NCBI GenBank assembly: GCA_965112635.1
Contig: OZ218778.1
Coordinates: 2,656,001 to 2,720,000 of the forward strand
Direction of reading: 5' to 3'
DNA from: an uncultured bacterium
GTDB lineage: Bacteria > Oederibacteriota > Oederibacteriia > Oederibacteriales > Oederibacteriaceae
Length of the DNA stretch: 64,000 bases
In this document: positions 19,329-28,945 of the stretch, one piece after another
How positions within the stretch are numbered: the stretch's first letter is position 1
How the letters are laid out: every line of letters begins with the position of its first letter
Made by a program: the position numbers and the translations under genes
Notes under the pieces: generated by a model
The model's input: the letters and a program-made list of their open reading frames with translations, nothing else
Database searches by the model: none
What the model was told of the DNA's origin: nothing

Positions 19329-21682
19329 GATTCCTTCTCCTCTTTATCCCCATCCTTTGAGCGGTCATCATCCTCAACCTTGGCGCTTGCTGATTGCACT
19401 TCATTTATCTCTTGGGTATCAGGCACCTCGGAGATCAATACCTTCCTGGGTTTGTTTCCCTCCTGAGGGGCTACCACTCCCTGTTCTTCCATCATATCCA
19501 CTAACCGCGCAGCCCTGCTGTAACCCAAACCAAGTTTCCTCTGAAGCATGGAAGTAGATATCTGGCCGCTGCGGACAGCCACGCGCACGGCCTCATCGTA
19601 CATTTCATCCTTCTCAACCCTAACCCCTTGATAGGTTCCCGAAGTCTGGTTTTCCAGAAAGGTCTGATCATAATCTGGGACCCCTTGCTTCTTTAAGAAC
19701 TCAACGACCTTTTTAACTTCTATTTCACTGATATACGCGCCTTGGACTCTGATGGGCTTTTGGGCCCCGGGAGGCAGGAAAAGCATGTCCCCTCGCCCTA
19801 GCAGCTTTTCCGCGCCCTGACTATCCAAAATTGTCCTGGAATCGGTCGCCGAGGGAATCTGGAAGGCGATTCTCGCGGGAATATTACTTTTGATGAGCCC
19901 GGTAATTACATCAACGGAGGGACGCTGGGTCGCCAGGATAAGATGGATACCTACGGCTCTTGCTAATTGGGCCAATCGGGTGATGGCATCCTCCACTTTC
20001 TTGCGGTTGGCCATCATCAAATCCGCCAGCTCATCAATGGCCACGACAATGTAGGGAAGGGGCTCAAAACCTTCTTCCCGGGCTGATAAATTATAGCTTT
20101 CCAGGTTTCTTACGCTGACACTAGCCAACAACTTGTATCGGTCCTCCATGACACCTATCAGCCATTCTAATGCCAGCGCGGCCATTTTGGGATCCGTGAT
20201 GATTGGGACCAACAGGTGGGGGATGTCCTGATAGCTGGTCAGCTCGACCATTTTGGGGTCGATCAAAAGCAACCTGACTTCATTTGGAGTATTCCTAAAA
20301 AGAAGGCTGTTCACCAAGGCCGCCACACAGATGCTTTTTCCCGTGTTGGTCGCCCCGCCGATCAATAGATGCGGCATTTTATCGAGTTCGAACACCATAC
20401 AGTCGCCTTGCACGCCCTTGCCCAAAGCGACGGACAGGGGCGAAGAAGACGATTTCATGGCCTGGCTTTCCAATATCTCGCGCAAAGTGACGAGTGCGGA
20501 CTGAGGATTTGGAACTTCGACGCCGATAGTTCCTTTGCCGGGAAGGGGGGCGACTATCCTCACCGCCTGGACCTTTAAAACCAACGCCATGTCATTGCTT
20601 AAATTGGTGATCTGATTGATCTTCACTCCGGGCGCAGGCGCCAATTCATACACGGTAACCACCGGACCCGGCTGAACATGGACGACGCGGGCATCCACGC
20701 CAAAGTTACGCAAACATTGCTCCAGGATCAATGAGCGTTCCTGATGCTCATTGGCGCTCAAGGTCCCGGTTACTGCCTCAGGCAGAGACAATAGATCTAA
20801 GGGAGGCCTTTCAAAAGAGGCGGATTTCGCATTCTTAGATTTTTTTAACCTACGGATCTCAGGATGCTTTTCAACGGTTTGATTTATTATTTCCTTAGGT
20901 AAGCTTTCCTCAGATTCGACCTCGGGTGCAACAGAATCGACCCTTGGAGGCTTCCCGGCAGGTTCTATATTCTCTATCTGGGTCTTCTCTTCAATTTTGT
21001 TTCTTACAGCCAGGTCTCTCCTGAATTGGCGGTTGGCCTTGATGATCCTTATTCTTTCCCTGGTCACGATCCATGTTTTCTTTGTCAAAACGGCCAGAAA
21101 TTCAAACCACACCACTAACTCTTTCCGAAGGTTCGCAAGAAAATCTAACAAGGTCAGTTCGGTTGCTAATACGGCGCTGGCTAAGAAAAGCCCGATGACA
21201 ACCAGAAAGGAACCCGGCTTGCCGATCAATTTCTCAGCGATGGCCGCTAAGCTGTTGCCGACCCGGTTACTATACTTTAAAGACTCTTGAGAATAAGAGG
21301 ATGTGCATAGGCTTATCAAGGTTGGCCACATCAAGAAACCTAGACCAAAACCTATCCATTTAGATAAAACCTTTTCTTCGACTTCATTGACAATCCATTT
21401 CCACCCAAAATTACCAAGTAAAAAAGGGATTAGGAGCGATCCCCACCAGCCGAAGAGATAAATCACAATATGGTTGAACAGGACGCCAATGATCCCCACC
21501 CAATTATGGTAAATGACCTTTTGTGTCTCACCGACAACAGCCTTTGAACCATACAAAAATAAATTATAATCCTCAGGATTGTAGGTTAACAAGCTCAGCA
21601 GGGTTAGAAAGGCCCCCACAAACAGCAAAATACCCACTAAAGTTTGTTTGGTCTTTAAATTCAATCTAAGAACAAAGGCCAT
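19325..21682 (-). CDS. ftsK: DNA translocase FtsK/SpoIIIE
   Basis: N-terminal TM domain; MPHLLIGGATNTGKS, IDPKMVEL, IDELADLM, HLILATQRPS, GAEKLLGRGDML; gamma domain LQR.L.LGY.RAARL. Confidence 0.97.
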   Translation of the reverse strand: MAFVLRLNLKTKQTLVGILLFVGAFLTLLSLLTYNPEDYNLFLYGSKAVVGETQKVIYHNWVGIIGVLFNHIVIYLFGWWGSLLIPFLLGNFGWKWIVNEVEEKVLSKWIGFGLGFLMWPTLISLCTSSYSQESLKYSNRVGNSLAAIAEKLIGKPGSFLVVIGLFLASAVLATELTLLDFLANLRKELVVWFEFLAVLTKKTWIVTRERIRIIKANRQFRRDLAVRNKIEEKTQIENIEPAGKPPRVDSVAPEVESEESLPKEIINQTVEKHPEIRRLKKSKNAKSASFERPPLDLLSLPEAVTGTLSANEHQERSLILEQCLRNFGVDARVVHVQPGPVVTVYELAPAPGVKINQITNLSNDMALVLKVQAVRIVAPLPGKGTIGVEVPNPQSALVTLREILESQAMKSSSSPLSVALGKGVQGDCMVFELDKMPHLLIGGATNTGKSICVAALVNSLLFRNTPNEVRLLLIDPKMVELTSYQDIPHLLVPIITDPKMAALALEWLIGVMEDRYKLLASVSVRNLESYNLSAREEGFEPLPYIVVAIDELADLMMANRKKVEDAITRLAQLARAVGIHLILATQRPSVDVITGLIKSNIPARIAFQIPSATDSRTILDSQGAEKLLGRGDMLFLPPGAQKPIRVQGAYISEIEVKKVVEFLKKQGVPDYDQTFLENQTSGTYQGVRVEKDEMYDEAVRVAVRSGQISTSMLQRKLGLGYSRAARLVDMMEEQGVVAPQEGNKPRKVLISEVPDTQEINEVQSASAKVEDDDRSKDGDKEEKES

Positions 21683-21723
21683 GAGCAGCTACTCCCTTTA
21701 GTAACAAAAAAATCAGCACCCCA

Positions 21724-21867
21724 CTATTTTGGAAAAACAAACCTTATAACAAGATAAAGAACCACAAGAAAAATAAGGATGAACCCAAGCGTTTTCAAAT
21801 GCCATTTCCAACTAAAATTTAGTGGGTCTTGGAGTTCTGTCTTTTGATGGTTTTCTTGCGTGTCCAT
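21724..21867 (-). CDS. Small 47-aa single-pass membrane protein upstream of ftsK
   Basis: Below the ORF-track cutoff; strong RBS GAGGGAGGAG; MDTQENHQKTELQDPLNFSWKWHLKTLGFILIFLVVLYLVIRFVFPK. Confidence 0.7.
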   Translation of the reverse strand: MDTQENHQKTELQDPLNFSWKWHLKTLGFILIFLVVLYLVIRFVFPK

Positions 21868-21930
21868 GGCTCCTCCCTCAGGATGATGGATAAAACCCTA
21901 TTATTTCCCTTACTATACCTTGAAAAACAA

Positions 21931-22380
21931 CTATTTTCCTGTGTGGCCAAAACCGCCGTCATGGCGATGACTATCCTCAAGTTCTTCAACTAATTCCCAT
22001 TGTACTTTCTCAACTTTTTGAAAAACTATTTGGGCGATTCGGTCACCCTTTTGAATAGTAAAGGGCTGTGGGCCAAAATTCACCATGATCAGCTTGATCT
22101 CTCCTCGATAATCCGAATCAATGGTCCCGGGTGTATTGACAAGGCTGATCCCATTTTTCAAGGCAAGTCCGCTTCTTGGACGGATCTGGGCTTCAAATCC
22201 CTCGGGAATCTGGACACACAAACCCGTCGGAATCAGTTTTATTTCATTGGGAAGGACCGTAACAGGCTCGGACACCGCTGCATAAAGATCGCATCCTGAG
22301 GCACCCTTGCTCATATACTGCGGAAGCGGTATACCTTCCGCGTGAGATAATCTTTTAACCTTTATTGTCAGGGCAGCCAA
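21931..22380 (-). CDS. dut: dUTP diphosphatase
   Basis: GASGCDL, RPRSGLA, GTIDSDYRGEI, GDRIAQ, GGFGHTG. Confidence 0.98.
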   Translation of the reverse strand: MAALTIKVKRLSHAEGIPLPQYMSKGASGCDLYAAVSEPVTVLPNEIKLIPTGLCVQIPEGFEAQIRPRSGLALKNGISLVNTPGTIDSDYRGEIKLIMVNFGPQPFTIQKGDRIAQIVFQKVEKVQWELVEELEDSHRHDGGFGHTGK

Positions 22381-23648
22381 ATTGCCTCCCCCGCCCTCAT
22401 GTTTTTCTCCTCAGGATTAGCTATTGCGCCCAAACAAACCATGGCTAGTTCCTTTGCTTTGAAAAGTTTTTCTGTGATTTGGTCGACATCTCCTAACCGG
22501 ACTTGCTTGATTTCCTCAAGAATATTATCAACTTTTTCAAAATGTTTTAAGTAATTTTCTTCTCTTAATAATTTACTCAACACCCCGCTGGTTCCTTCCA
22601 AGCTCAGGATAAAGGACCCTTTAATGCACTCCTTGGCGTTCTCTAACTCTTTTTTTGTGAATCCACGCCTCCTGGCCTTGATGATTTCATCGATTATAAT
22701 ATCACGCGATTTTATCAAATTCTTCGGGTCAGTAGCTGCATAAGTGATCCATGCACCGGTATTCCGATAGCCATCATGGAAAGAATAAACCGAATAAACG
22801 AGTCCTCGCTTTTCTCTGAGACCCTGGAAGAGCCTGGAACTCATGCCTCCACCGAACATGTTGTTAAACAAGGCCAACGGATAACGCGCCGGGCTGTTAT
22901 AAGGAAATCCTTGGACCCCTAAACAGCAATGGACCTGTTTGACATTTCTCCTTTTTAATTCTGTTCCCGGATAAAAACCGGTGCAAAAAGAATTTTCCAG
23001 GATGGGCGCATCGACTTTATTGATCTTTCCAAAATATTTCTTTGCCAATTTTAGCGCCGCGGAGTGTTTGATCGCTCCAGCTGCGGCAACGATCATGGCT
23101 TGCGGCTTATAGCATTCCTGATAAAAGGATAGGATATCGTTCCGGGTAAGCTTGGAAATGGTATCTTTGGTGCCAAGAATAGGGGAACCGAGCGAATTTT
23201 GTTTCCAGACATGCTGGGCAAAAAGATCATAAATGAACTCTTCCGGGTTATCCTCGACCATCTTGATCTCCTCCAGGATGACCCGTTTTTCTTTCTCAAT
23301 ATCATGGCTTCTGAAAAGCGAATTTAAAAGAATATCGGAGAACACCTCAAAGGCCACTTCAACCTTGCTCGAATTCACTTTGGCGAAATAAACAGTGGAC
23401 TCTTTACCTGTAGAGGCGTCGAAATGGCCACCGACCCGGTCCATTTCCAGGGCAATGGCCTGGGCGGTTCTTTTGCGGGTTCCTTTGAAAATCATGTGCT
23501 CGATGAAATGGCAGATGCCGTTTTCTGCAGCCTTCTCGATACAGGAGCCCACTTCAAAACACAGGCCAAGAGAAACCGACTGGACGCCTGGCATCGTGTC
23601 ACTAATGACCCGGATGCCATTATCTAAAACAGTTTTTTTATAACCCAT
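22368..23648 (-). CDS. M16 (pitrilysin) family zinc peptidase
   Basis: Inverted zinc motif HFIEH; GGGMSSRLFQ.LREKRGLVY; pnp-M16-dut context. Confidence 0.93.
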   Translation of the reverse strand: MGYKKTVLDNGIRVISDTMPGVQSVSLGLCFEVGSCIEKAAENGICHFIEHMIFKGTRKRTAQAIALEMDRVGGHFDASTGKESTVYFAKVNSSKVEVAFEVFSDILLNSLFRSHDIEKEKRVILEEIKMVEDNPEEFIYDLFAQHVWKQNSLGSPILGTKDTISKLTRNDILSFYQECYKPQAMIVAAAGAIKHSAALKLAKKYFGKINKVDAPILENSFCTGFYPGTELKRRNVKQVHCCLGVQGFPYNSPARYPLALFNNMFGGGMSSRLFQGLREKRGLVYSVYSFHDGYRNTGAWITYAATDPKNLIKSRDIIIDEIIKARRRGFTKKELENAKECIKGSFILSLEGTSGVLSKLLREENYLKHFEKVDNILEEIKQVRLGDVDQITEKLFKAKELAMVCLGAIANPEEKNMRAGEAIWLP

Positions 23649-23745
23649 AGCGTACTCTCGGCTTGAAAAGGTGGTGTTTGCCTTTTAAGGCAGGAATGCG
23701 CAAGAAAAAGAGAACTATCCCTTGATCGCTGAAAAGACCCAGAGT

Positions 23746-25887
23746 TTATCTTCTTTCTCTTCTTGGAGCCGGGGATGATTTCTGGGGATTAATGATTTCT
23801 TTGAACTCTTTGTTTTCAACCAAAGCTTCTTTGCGGCTCAGCCTGATTTTACCTGCAGGATCGATCTCGAGGACCTTGACCACAACCATATCCCCCTCGC
23901 TGACCACATCGTTTACCTGTCCGACTCTTTCCGGCGCAAGCTGGGATATATGGACCAAGCCGTCGGTCCCTGGCAAAACCTCCACAAAGGCCCCGAAATC
24001 CATGATCTTTTGGACTTTGCCCAGGTAGATCTTGCCTATCTCCGGTTCTGCAGTGCATTCTTTGATCATTTTGATGGCTTTTTGGACGGCCTCTTCCTGG
24101 GGCGAGGCAATGAATACCTTGCCTGAATCCTCGATATCCACCTTGGCCCCGCTTTCCTCGACGATCCGCTTGATATTCTTTCCGCCCGGCCCGATCAGGA
24201 TGCCTAGATTCTTCGGATTGACTTGGATGGTCACCAGCCTAGGCGCATAAGCGGAAAGCGAACTCCGGGGAGCCGCCAAAGCCTCCTGCATTTTACCGAG
24301 GATGAACATCCTTCCCTGTTTGGCCTGCTCCAGGGCTTTTCTCATGATCTCCGAGGTGATCCCGGAAATTTTGATATCCATCTGGATGGCCGTGATCCCT
24401 TTGGCGGTTCCAGCCACCTTGAAATCCATGTCGCCAAAATGGTCCTCCAAACCCTGGATATCCGTCAAAACCGTGAACTTGCTATCTTCTTTGATCAAAC
24501 CCATGGCTATCCCTGCCACGGGCGCCTTGATAGGCACGCCGGCGTCCATCAAAGCCAGGGTCGCCCCGCACACACTGGCCATAGATGAGGAACCGTTGGA
24601 TTCAAGGATCTCTGAAACGACCTGGATCACATAGGGGAACTCTTCGGGTTTGGGAAGCACCGGGACAAGGGCGCGTTCGGCCAGCATGCCGTGCCCGATT
24701 TCCCTTCTACCCGGCCCTCGCATAGGTTTGATCTCCCCCACGCTGAAAGGAGGAAAATTATAATGGAGCATATAGGTTTTTTTGGATTCGCCTTCGAGGT
24801 TTTCGATGATTTGCGCGTCATCCCCCGTCCCCAGGGTAGCCACGACCAAAGCTTGGGTCTGCCCCCTGGTAAATAGAGAAGAACCGTGCGTCCTTGGCAG
24901 GACGCCCACTTCGCAGGAAATAGGCCTGACCTCATCGAGGCGCCGGCCGTCCGCTCTTTGACTCAGCCCGCTAATGTTATGCCTGACGATGGAAACTTCC
25001 AGGGCCTCCAGCTCACCCTTGATGTCTTTTTCTTTTTCAGGATACTGCGCCAGCAGGGCTTCTAAGGTTTCTTTGTTGATCTGATTGATATCCTCTTGCC
25101 GCTTTAATTTGTCCGAGCTCTGGTTGGCTTTCCTGAGTTTTTCCAAGGCCATGTCCTTGACCGCATTGGCGACGGCTGCGTCCTTATTTGTCAGCTCGAC
25201 CGCCAGTTTGGGTTTGCCGTTCTTTCTCACGAAATCTGCCAAGGCTCCAACGATCCGGCGTATTTCCTGATGGGCGAATTCAATGGCTTTGAGCACTTCT
25301 TCCTCGCCCAGCTCATTCGACCCGCCCTCGATCATGGTGACCGCCTCATCGGTACCGGCAACCACTAGATCAAGATCGCTCTCTTTTAATTGGGAAAAAG
25401 TGGGGTTGACGATAAACCCGCCATTGACCCTGCCCACGCGTACGGCGGCAACGGGTTTGGCGAAAGGAACAGGGGACAAACATAGGGCTAAAGAAGCGGC
25501 CATAATGGCGAGAATATCCGGGCTATTTTCCTGGTCAGAGGAAAAGGTGGCCCCGATGATCTGGACCTCGTTAAAAAAACCTTCCGGGAAAAGAGGGCGC
25601 AGCGGCCTGTCAATGAGCCGGCTGGTCAGGATCTCCCTATCACGCGGCCTTCCGTCCCTTTTGAAAAAACCGCCCGGGATGCGGCCGGCGGCATAGGTGC
25701 GTTCTCTGTAGTCGACCGTCAAGGGGAAAAAGTCTTGGTCGGCCTCAGCTTCCCTGGCCCCAACCACTGAGACCAGCACCACCGTTCCTCCATATTCAAC
25801 AACAACCGCGCCGTCTGCTTGTTTGGCCAGCTTGCCGGTTTGGAACACTAAATTCTTGCCGCCTACCAAAATCTCAACTTTGTCCAT
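23746..25887 (-). CDS. pnp: Polyribonucleotide nucleotidyltransferase (PNPase)
   Basis: FFPLTVDY, IPGGFFKR, RLIDRPLRP, RREIGHG, SNGSSSMAS, GDMDFKVAG, KH and S1 domains; start placed at ATG 25887 (track gives 25911). Confidence 0.98.
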   Translation of the reverse strand: MDKVEILVGGKNLVFQTGKLAKQADGAVVVEYGGTVVLVSVVGAREAEADQDFFPLTVDYRERTYAAGRIPGGFFKRDGRPRDREILTSRLIDRPLRPLFPEGFFNEVQIIGATFSSDQENSPDILAIMAASLALCLSPVPFAKPVAAVRVGRVNGGFIVNPTFSQLKESDLDLVVAGTDEAVTMIEGGSNELGEEEVLKAIEFAHQEIRRIVGALADFVRKNGKPKLAVELTNKDAAVANAVKDMALEKLRKANQSSDKLKRQEDINQINKETLEALLAQYPEKEKDIKGELEALEVSIVRHNISGLSQRADGRRLDEVRPISCEVGVLPRTHGSSLFTRGQTQALVVATLGTGDDAQIIENLEGESKKTYMLHYNFPPFSVGEIKPMRGPGRREIGHGMLAERALVPVLPKPEEFPYVIQVVSEILESNGSSSMASVCGATLALMDAGVPIKAPVAGIAMGLIKEDSKFTVLTDIQGLEDHFGDMDFKVAGTAKGITAIQMDIKISGITSEIMRKALEQAKQGRMFILGKMQEALAAPRSSLSAYAPRLVTIQVNPKNLGILIGPGGKNIKRIVEESGAKVDIEDSGKVFIASPQEEAVQKAIKMIKECTAEPEIGKIYLGKVQKIMDFGAFVEVLPGTDGLVHISQLAPERVGQVNDVVSEGDMVVVKVLEIDPAGKIRLSRKEALVENKEFKEIINPQKSSPAPRRERR

Positions 25888-25935
25888 TATGTTTACCCTT
25901 CCTGCCCACAATTATTTTGAAATTACTGGATGGTC

Positions 25936-26211
25936 TTATTTTCTTAACCCCAGCTTATCAATGACCTTTTTGTAACGGTCCAGATCTTTCTTCTTCAGAT
26001 AGTCCAAAAGCCGCCTTCTCAAACTGACCATTTTCAATAAGCCATGGCGTGAATGGTGGTCCTTCTTGTGGACCTTAAAATGGCCGATGAGCTGATTGAT
26101 TCTTTCGCTTAAAAGGGCAATTTGGACTTCAGAGGAACCCGTATCTTTAGGATGGATTTGAAAACCCTTGATAAGACTCTGTTTCTTGTCCTTTTGTTCT
26201 GTCACCTGCAA
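25936..26211 (-). CDS. rpsO: 30S ribosomal protein S15
   Basis: [37 protein letters not shown]. Confidence 0.98.
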   Translation of the reverse strand: MQVTEQKDKKQSLIKGFQIHPKDTGSSEVQIALLSERINQLIGHFKVHKKDHHSRHGLLKMVSLRRRLLDYLKKKDLDRYKKVIDKLGLRK

Positions 26212-26245
26212 TCACCTCTCTCGCCATAAAGTTAGGGAAAGTTTT

Positions 26246-26299
26246 CCCCACCAAGACCCAGAATGCCGTCGGTGAATCGAGCAAACCGAGAACAAGGTT
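26246..26299 (-). promoter_or_regulatory. Putative S15-binding mRNA leader (Firmicutes-like)
   Basis: Leader AACCTTGTTCTCGGTTTGCTCGATTCACCGACGGCATTCTGGG contains GATTCACCGACG, resembling the Bacillus/Geobacillus rpsO leader as I recall it. Confidence 0.55.
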
Positions 26300-26323
26300 A
26301 CAGTGAAACCAAAATGCTTCAAA

Positions 26324-26352
26324 AGGATAACAACGATTGCTTCCTTTGTAAA
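26324..26352 (-). promoter_or_regulatory. Sigma-70 promoter for rpsO-pnp
   Basis: TTTACA-17 bp-TATCCT with TGn extension. Confidence 0.6.
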
Positions 26353-26386
26353 GACAAAACTCTTTTTCAACTAATAAATAGGAGCA

Positions 26387-27880
26387 TCATTCTATTATCT
26401 GGCCCGCCTGGATGAGAATTTTCCTGAGTTTAGCAATATCGATTCCCTGGATGATTTTCTTTTGTTCCAGAGCCTGACAGGCGGCCAGCGCACAAGACTG
26501 ACCCAGGATCATGAATACCGGCTCCATACGTATGGAACCATAGGCAATATGGGACGCAGAAAGGCAAACGGGTACCAAAAGGTTCTCGCATTCTTCTTCC
26601 TTGGGAATGACTGTTCGGTAACTGATGCCATAAGGTTCAACTTGAACCTGAACGTCGCCTTCATTACGGACAAAACCATCCTGGACAATGCGCTGGCAAT
26701 TGTGCGAATCCATGTTGTAGGCCCCCATAGCGATAAAGTCTTTCGCCTCCCTAGTCTTTTGGCAATCAGCCTGCGTCATGACGTACAGGCCGACCATACG
26801 CCGGGTTTCACGTACATAGAGCTGGTGTGGCCACCCCTGAGTATCCTGAAATTCGTCCTTACAAAGGCCCCAACTCTGAGCTTCCTCACGTAGGGAGGGA
26901 GGAACGCGCTGGTCCGACTGGAGAAAGTGGAAAAATCCACGAGTGTAATCCATATGGTCCTGCCAGATGGCCTCGCGCTGCAGATAGTTCGCGTCGGGGT
27001 ACTGCCAGTTCGCCCCGATATGATCGGTAGAAAATCCCCCGTAATTGTTAAAATCCGTTTTCCCGTGAGGCATGGGGATAATGCGGAAAAAGTCTTTGAA
27101 CTGCGGGGTCCCGCCAGCATAGCCCGCTTCGAGATATCTCGCCAAAAGTTCGTAACGCCAAGGGTCGTAGTGATGCGGCGAAGCGATGTCCAGGAAATTA
27201 CTTTTATCCTGGGTCAGGCATAGACGGAAATTGTAAGCCTGGACCCTTTTGTCACCCTCGCCAGGTATTCCGCCGTCACCCGGTTGGATACAGGGAATAA
27301 GACCGCTGTCCGGCCGCCCGGATTTCACATAAGGGTCGACATCCAGCTCAAACTGATGTATGGGGGTCTCTCCGCGGATCCCGCTCAAGGATTCCTCGTA
27401 CTGGGCTGTAGATTCCCGGCCTACCGTGTAACTGACCCCTGCAAGGGCCATCACGTCACCCTCATACCCCGCGTCAATGACCATGGACGGCTCGATATGG
27501 GTCCCCTTTTCGGTAATGAGGCCAAGGATGCGGCGTCCTTTTTTTATTATTTGTTTTACCCGTTCTCCTGAAAAAATTTTTACCGGATACGCCAAGACGA
27601 GGTTGCTCAGAACTTGTTCGGCGACTTTTGGCTCGAAGGTCCACTGTTCTTCCACGCCATAAGCGTTGCCAATGAAACGGTAAAAATCACGGGCCATACC
27701 GCCGACGGCCTTCTTGTCACCGATGTCCGTGGCCCCCAAACCGCCGCTAGTCATGCCACCAAGATGGCGGACAGGGTTAACCAGTATGACAGAGCGACCC
27801 TCTTTAGCGGCGGCGACCGCAGCTACCACGCCGGCAGCCGTACCGCCATAAACACAAATATCACTTTTCACTCTAACCAC
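26387..27880 (-). CDS. FAD-dependent oxidoreductase (FAD_oxidored family)
   Basis: DICVYGGTAAGVVAAVAAA, HLGGMTSGGLG, IDA.YEGD, VQAYNFRLC, LYVRE.RRM, SHIAYGSIRMEPVFM. Confidence 0.88.
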   Translation of the reverse strand: MVRVKSDICVYGGTAAGVVAAVAAAKEGRSVILVNPVRHLGGMTSGGLGATDIGDKKAVGGMARDFYRFIGNAYGVEEQWTFEPKVAEQVLSNLVLAYPVKIFSGERVKQIIKKGRRILGLITEKGTHIEPSMVIDAGYEGDVMALAGVSYTVGRESTAQYEESLSGIRGETPIHQFELDVDPYVKSGRPDSGLIPCIQPGDGGIPGEGDKRVQAYNFRLCLTQDKSNFLDIASPHHYDPWRYELLARYLEAGYAGGTPQFKDFFRIIPMPHGKTDFNNYGGFSTDHIGANWQYPDANYLQREAIWQDHMDYTRGFFHFLQSDQRVPPSLREEAQSWGLCKDEFQDTQGWPHQLYVRETRRMVGLYVMTQADCQKTREAKDFIAMGAYNMDSHNCQRIVQDGFVRNEGDVQVQVEPYGISYRTVIPKEEECENLLVPVCLSASHIAYGSIRMEPVFMILGQSCALAACQALEQKKIIQGIDIAKLRKILIQAGQIIE

Positions 27881-27976
27881 CCTCTGCAGAATTTCTCCTA
27901 AAATAAATCATGTGCGTTTCCGCAAAAACAAAATTGCTATTACTTACACTTCAAAGCCCAGGCTCTTATCCGCGTT

Positions 27977-28921
27977 TCACCTGGAATATTTCTTGGCAGA
28001 CAATATTTTTTTTGCCTTAACAACATCTTTCCCTATCTGTCTTTTTAGGGAATCAGCACTCTTGAAGGCTTTTTCGCTTCTTAATTTTTTTACCATCCTG
28101 ACAATGATTCTTTTCCCATATAAATTGCCTTGGAATTTAAAAAAATGCGCCTCTACTAAAGGTTTTATTTCGCTAGTCCCAGCTCCATGTCTTTTATATG
28201 TCGGCCTGATACCCACATTACATACACCGGGATACATTCTGCCCGCAAAAATTCCATAAATAGCATAAACACCTCGGCTAGGTTGAGCTACTCCATGCTC
28301 AGGTTTAAAATTTGCTGTAGGGAACCCTAATTTCCTGCCCCGCCTATCGCCTTTTACGACCCTTCCCTGCAGGCTATAGGGATAACCTAACAACTTACTG
28401 GCCTTTTCAACCCGCCCTTGCTGGACGAGCGCCCTGACCCAGGTGCTGCTGATGACTCGGCGACCTTCCAAACAGGGGCTGAGCACGAGAAGTCTGAAGT
28501 AGTACTTTTTCCCCAACTTCTTAAGCAATCCAATGTCACCCTTGGCGCCTTTGCCGAAGCGTAGACCGCGGCTGACGACAAGTTCTTTAACGTGGAGCTT
28601 TCTTACTAGAAAATTTTCAACGAACTTTTCTGCGGTCACGGATGCGCTTTGCCTGTTGAATGGCATGACCACGACAACCGAGACCCCGAGTTTTTTAAAA
28701 AGTTTTGATTTCATATCGGCATTGGTCAAAGCCAAAGGACATTTGTCAGGAGCCAGGACCTTATTGGGGTGGACATCGAAAGTGATGACCACGCTCTTGC
28801 CTGAAACAGCGCGGGCGCGGCTCACGACTTTTTTGATGATCTTCTGGTGGCCTTTATGGACCCCGTCAAAAACACCCAAGGTTGCCACTATTTTCAAGTT
28901 TTTTCCCGGATACAAGCTCAT
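27977..28921 (-). CDS. ribF: Bifunctional riboflavin kinase / FAD synthetase
   Basis: G.FDGVH.GHQ, ISST..R, GR.LGFPTAN, NVG.RPT, EAH. Confidence 0.96.
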   Translation of the reverse strand: MSLYPGKNLKIVATLGVFDGVHKGHQKIIKKVVSRARAVSGKSVVITFDVHPNKVLAPDKCPLALTNADMKSKLFKKLGVSVVVVMPFNRQSASVTAEKFVENFLVRKLHVKELVVSRGLRFGKGAKGDIGLLKKLGKKYYFRLLVLSPCLEGRRVISSTWVRALVQQGRVEKASKLLGYPYSLQGRVVKGDRRGRKLGFPTANFKPEHGVAQPSRGVYAIYGIFAGRMYPGVCNVGIRPTYKRHGAGTSEIKPLVEAHFFKFQGNLYGKRIIVRMVKKLRSEKAFKSADSLKRQIGKDVVKAKKILSAKKYSR

Positions 28922-28945
28922 GCTCCCAAAGATCGAGGAGTGTCG

